61,496 bases of DNA from a virus. Taxonomy: Duplodnaviria > Caudoviricetes. The notes beneath the pieces were generated by a model. That model made no database searches, had not been told where the DNA came from, and was given only the letters and a program-made list of their open reading frames with translations. A program made the position numbers and the translations under genes. Below are positions 58,300 to 61,496 of the stretch, piece after piece (the stretch's first letter is position 1; each line of letters starts with the position of its first letter). The stretch lies in IMG/VR virus record IMGVR_UViG_3300021963_000137, positions 1 to 61,496 of that record. One strand, written 5' to 3'.

Positions 58300-58374
58300 G
58301 GGTCATTAGTTCAATGGATAGAACAGTGATCTTCTAAGTCACGAGTGCATGTTCGATTCATGCATGACCCACCA
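58300..58374 (+). tRNA. tRNA-Arg (TCT)
   Basis: Acceptor GGGTCAT/ATGACCC, GTGAT-CTTCTAA-GTCAC, TTCGA T-loop, encoded CCA. Confidence 0.92.
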
Positions 58375-58384
58375 TAGGACACAT

Positions 58385-58726
58385 ATGAAATCTAAAAAAT
58401 ATAACTCAAGAAAATTCCTTAACAGCAAACACGGATTAGCAGCTATTGAAGTTAGTTGTGATATCTGTGATTGGTCTATGGATACTAATGTTACTATCTC
58501 TGATTGTAATAGGAATGTTACATTAGACTTTAGTATTTATAAAGAAAAAGATTATGCTGAGAAATCTAAAAAGTTATCTTTAATTATTAATGAATTAATG
58601 GTATTAAAGGAATTTATGGATCTTAATGCTGATGAGTATATTGAAGCAAGAAAACAATTAGATTTAAAAAACAGTAAACGAAAGTCAAAACCACTTTCAG
58701 AATTATTAGGGGAATTAGATGATTAA
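58385..58726 (+). CDS. Hypothetical phage protein (start revised past the tRNA)
   Basis: AGGA RBS; RKFLN...ISDC.R...LDF. Confidence 0.65.
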   Translation: MKSKKYNSRKFLNSKHGLAAIEVSCDICDWSMDTNVTISDCNRNVTLDFSIYKEKDYAEKSKKLSLIINELMVLKEFMDLNADEYIEARKQLDLKNSKRKSKPLSELLGELDD

Positions 58727-58958
58727 CGAATACGATATTCAAGATATGCGTGAAGATAGTATTGTCTTTGAATGCAAACACAGTAACCCCAAACTAATTA
58801 CCCGTATGGAGATGTCTGCTCACTCTCATATCACTGAAGTGGTAGAGCAGTTTGAAAGGTTTCTACGAGGTATGGGTTACTTTCCTCCATCAGGATGTCA
58901 TCTGGAATTTGTAGATGACCATACATATACTATGGATTGGGCAGACGCTAATGAGTAA
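58719..58958 (+). CDS. Hypothetical protein
   Basis: FERFLRGMGY motif. Confidence 0.6.
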   Translation: MINEYDIQDMREDSIVFECKHSNPKLITRMEMSAHSHITEVVEQFERFLRGMGYFPPSGCHLEFVDDHTYTMDWADANE

Positions 58959-59064
58959 GGGTAGTAATCGTAGACCTACTGACGAAAAGAAATACAAAGA
59001 TAACTACGATCAGATCTTTGGTAAAACTAAACAACCAATTAAGGAACAATCTAATGGTAAATAA
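58951..59064 (+). CDS. Small peptide, 37 aa (not in ORF track)
   Basis: MSKGSNRRP....Y.DNYDQIF; overlaps both neighbours. Confidence 0.55.
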   Translation: MSKGSNRRPTDEKKYKDNYDQIFGKTKQPIKEQSNGK

Positions 59065-59515
59065 TATTTCTGTAGTGTTATTACCACTACGTAATCTTTT
59101 TGCAGATAACTTTGTTGTATATTACAAGTCACATGGATACCACTTCAATGTTGAAGGACCAACTTTTGCTCAAGACCATGAGTTATTAAATGAAATTTAT
59201 GATTTCCTTTGGGCACAACATGATAGCTTAGGTGAACAATTACGTCAGCTAGATAAGCCAGCATTACCCTCTCTTAAAGCTATTTTAGATACAACAGAGA
59301 TTTCTGAGTGTAACAAACTAGGTGAGTCTAGTAAGACCATGTTTACTGAATTATGTAATGACTTTGAAATATTAATTCAAAATGCTCAATCATTATTTGA
59401 AGTAGCTGATAAAACATGTTATGGTGGTTTGAATACTTATATTGGTGACTATCTTAGAGACTTAGGTAAATTACATTGGAAAGTAAAAGCAACTATTGGA
59501 AAGAGCTTTAAATGA
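59054..59515 (+). CDS. dps: Dps-family ferritin-like protein
   Basis: HGYHFNVEGPTF...H...Y...D..GE..R and C-terminal K..W. Confidence 0.85.
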   Translation: MVNNISVVLLPLRNLFADNFVVYYKSHGYHFNVEGPTFAQDHELLNEIYDFLWAQHDSLGEQLRQLDKPALPSLKAILDTTEISECNKLGESSKTMFTELCNDFEILIQNAQSLFEVADKTCYGGLNTYIGDYLRDLGKLHWKVKATIGKSFK

Positions 59516-59766
59516 AACAATATCAAAACTATAACATCTTTGCTTTAAGAGGTGATAGAGAGACATCTGACATGGATGTATGTACAAATCTAGGGTTAGA
59601 CCCTAAACTAGCTGGTACGCCAGATATTAATGAAGCTGCTATCCGAAAGATGCACAAAGAAAATTATGAGGGATACCTTACAAAAGGTTACTCTCCAGAT
59701 GAAGCTTTATCTTTGGCTGATACAAATGCAGATAGTGTTCGTCAAGAAATTAAAAGACTGATTTAA
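59512..59766 (+). CDS. Hypothetical protein, last gene of the plus arm
   Basis: 84-aa coupled ORF. Confidence 0.8.
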   Translation: MKQYQNYNIFALRGDRETSDMDVCTNLGLDPKLAGTPDINEAAIRKMHKENYEGYLTKGYSPDEALSLADTNADSVRQEIKRLI

Positions 59767-59812
59767 AAAAAAATAGCCCTTCAAGGAATTATCCTTGAGG
59801 GGCTTTTTATTT
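59765..59812. terminator. Bidirectional terminator (duplicate copy)
   Basis: Same hairpin as 387-433. Confidence 0.9.
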
Positions 59813-59814
59813 TG

Positions 59815-61496
59815 CTATGCGTGAGTCATCTGGGCAATACCATGTTTTATTACATTACTATTTGTACGTAATGCTTTAAAACCTTGATCTACTTTTCCTT
59901 CAAATTCATTTGCAAAAATCTTAAACATATTTTCTGCACCGCCTAATTGTTGGTAAGATTCAATCATATTAAATAAGTCTCTGAATTGTGAACCAGATAC
60001 TGTTAGATTAGGTATACCATCAATCCAACCTGCTTTCTTAGCTTTATCTAATAATTGATTGTTCTTTGCTTTAAGCTCTTCCCAACTTTTGATTGGGTCT
60101 TTTGATCTGTTTTTAATATATGCTTCATACTCTGGACTATTATTAGTCTTTTTATTTAAGTCTTCAAAGAAAGCGCCTAATGCAGGGAAGTCTCCTTTAG
60201 CACCAATACCTACGTCTGATGCACCAGCTGTTCTTTTAAACACTTCATCTTTAGCTTTGATATAAGCATCTTGTAATTGTTTAGCAAACTTTTTAATCTC
60301 AGGTATTGCCTGAGGAATTGCTACGTTATTATAAGTATTACGATAGAGATGCATTGTATCCATTGTTGTGATTAATGAATCATGAACAGTAGCTACTGGT
60401 AAAGGTATTTTTCTATCCGCATTTAAATCTAACATCATTAGCTTAAGCAAGTCAGCATCAGTAGATTGAATAGGCATAACACCTAACAATCTAGACAATG
60501 CAGAGCCAAGAGCATTTTCAAACAAATCAAATTTATTTTTGGCTTTGTTATAGAATGATTGATTAGGTTTACCAGCAGCAGCATTGTACATCCTTCTTGC
60601 TGCTTGTACTTCAACAATACCTTCAGGGGCTAAATAAGTATTTGTTTCAATACCTCTATCTACAGTAGTATATGGTTGTCCTTCAGGAGTCATACCCGTG
60701 CCTTCTACATCTCTGAATTGATCAGGAATAAAACCTAAATCAACAGAAGAATACACAGTGTCATCACCAGTAATACCTTTTAAAATAGGTATTGAGTTAA
60801 TAACAGCAAACATACGACCAACCTTTTTAAGCATACGAGTAAAACTTGGATCAATTACTTTTCTTAAAGTTGCGTCTAATGCGTTAGCTAAATCTTGTGC
60901 TGCTTCAGTTGAACTGTTGTAGTTAGGTAAAACATATTCAGCAAATACAGAATTATACTCTTGAGAATCTTCTAAGAAAGATAATACATGATCAAAGAAC
61001 ATTCCAGAATCTTTACCATAAGAATTCTGCATTAAAGGCGCTTTAAATAAATCAGTTGCTAACTTCTCATTAACTGCATTACTAAAGAAATTTTTCCAGC
61101 CATCAAGCCTATCTTTGTTATCAACAATTATATTAGATAAATTATCACCAATAATACTTAACGCATAACCACGCATGTCAGATAAGTTAGGGTTATAAGA
61201 ACCTAATCTAATTGCAACTGTTGGTTTACCTGCATACAAGGATTGAATAAAAATACCATTCTGATTTCCATCATCATAGTTTAAAGCACTAAGCTTAATA
61301 AAACGATTAGCCATTGCGGGATCCATTGCTGCCATACCTAATTGAGCAAAGTCATCATAAAGATTTTGATGTGATTGAGCTTCACCTCTAGGCATATTAG
61401 CAAGTAGGTTAACAATGTTTGATCCTTCAGCTACATTACCTGATAACCAATCATTATATTCTTTACCTAACATACCTAAATGTTTACCAATCTCAG
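59815..61496 (-). CDS. Partial duplicate of the putative virion RNA polymerase (C-terminal half)
   Basis: About 10 aa differences from the first copy; truncated by the window end. Confidence 0.8.
   Translation of the reverse strand, partial: EIGKHLGMLGKEYNDWLSGNVAEGSNIVNLLANMPRGEAQSHQNLYDDFAQLGMAAMDPAMANRFIKLSALNYDDGNQNGIFIQSLYAGKPTVAIRLGSYNPNLSDMRGYALSIIGDNLSNIIVDNKDRLDGWKNFFSNAVNEKLATDLFKAPLMQNSYGKDSGMFFDHVLSFLEDSQEYNSVFAEYVLPNYNSSTEAAQDLANALDATLRKVIDPSFTRMLKKVGRMFAVINSIPILKGITGDDTVYSSVDLGFIPDQFRDVEGTGMTPEGQPYTTVDRGIETNTYLAPEGIVEVQAARRMYNAAAGKPNQSFYNKAKNKFDLFENALGSALSRLLGVMPIQSTDADLLKLMMLDLNADRKIPLPVATVHDSLITTMDTMHLYRNTYNNVAIPQAIPEIKKFAKQLQDAYIKAKDEVFKRTAGASDVGIGAKGDFPALGAFFEDLNKKTNNSPEYEAYIKNRSKDPIKSWEELKAKNNQLLDKAKKAGWIDGIPNLTVSGSQFRDLFNMIESYQQLGGAENMFKIFANEFEGKVDQGFKALRTNSNVIKHGIAQMTHA

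Larger units (their letters stand above)
59379..61496. repeat. Terminal duplication, copy 2
   Basis: Diverged copy of 1-2117. Confidence 0.95.

Noticed and set aside
58349-58384. Longer N-terminus for the ORF after the tRNAs
   Set aside because: Overlaps tRNA-Arg; an RBS supports the ATG at 58385
1-61496. Prophage or temperate lifestyle
   Set aside because: No integrase, repressor or host genes recognised; gene content is that of a lytic phage

Overview
A complete, circularly assembled genome (unit length about 59,378 bp) of an AT-rich lytic podovirus-type phage of a Gram-negative host. Bases 1-2117 recur, with many mostly synonymous differences, at 59379-61496. There are two arms converging on one bidirectional terminator (about 390-433). 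The minus-strand arm (35.3 kb down to 0.4 kb) carries large terminase, portal, scaffold, SU10/DUF5309-type major capsid, tail adaptor, nozzle and fibres, a lysis cassette (holin-like protein, Rz/Rz1, M15 endolysin) and internal virion proteins. The plus-strand arm (35.5-59.8 kb) carries small early genes, SSB, nucleotide-metabolism enzymes, family A DNA polymerase, exonuclease, primase-helicase, a T7-type RNA polymerase, class II ribonucleotide reductase, thioredoxin, two tRNAs and Dps. The main finding is an apparent two-polymerase transcription system. Besides the 733-aa T7-type RNAP, the last internal virion protein (436-4050, 1204 aa) carries recognisable single-subunit RNAP motifs and looks like a compact virion-packaged RNAP. 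The window also shows seven copies of a candidate phage promoter (core GTCCCCTAATAG), an almost adenine-free leader at the start of the early arm, and two families of repeated structured elements between the first early genes. All calls come from reading motifs by eye; no database searches were run.
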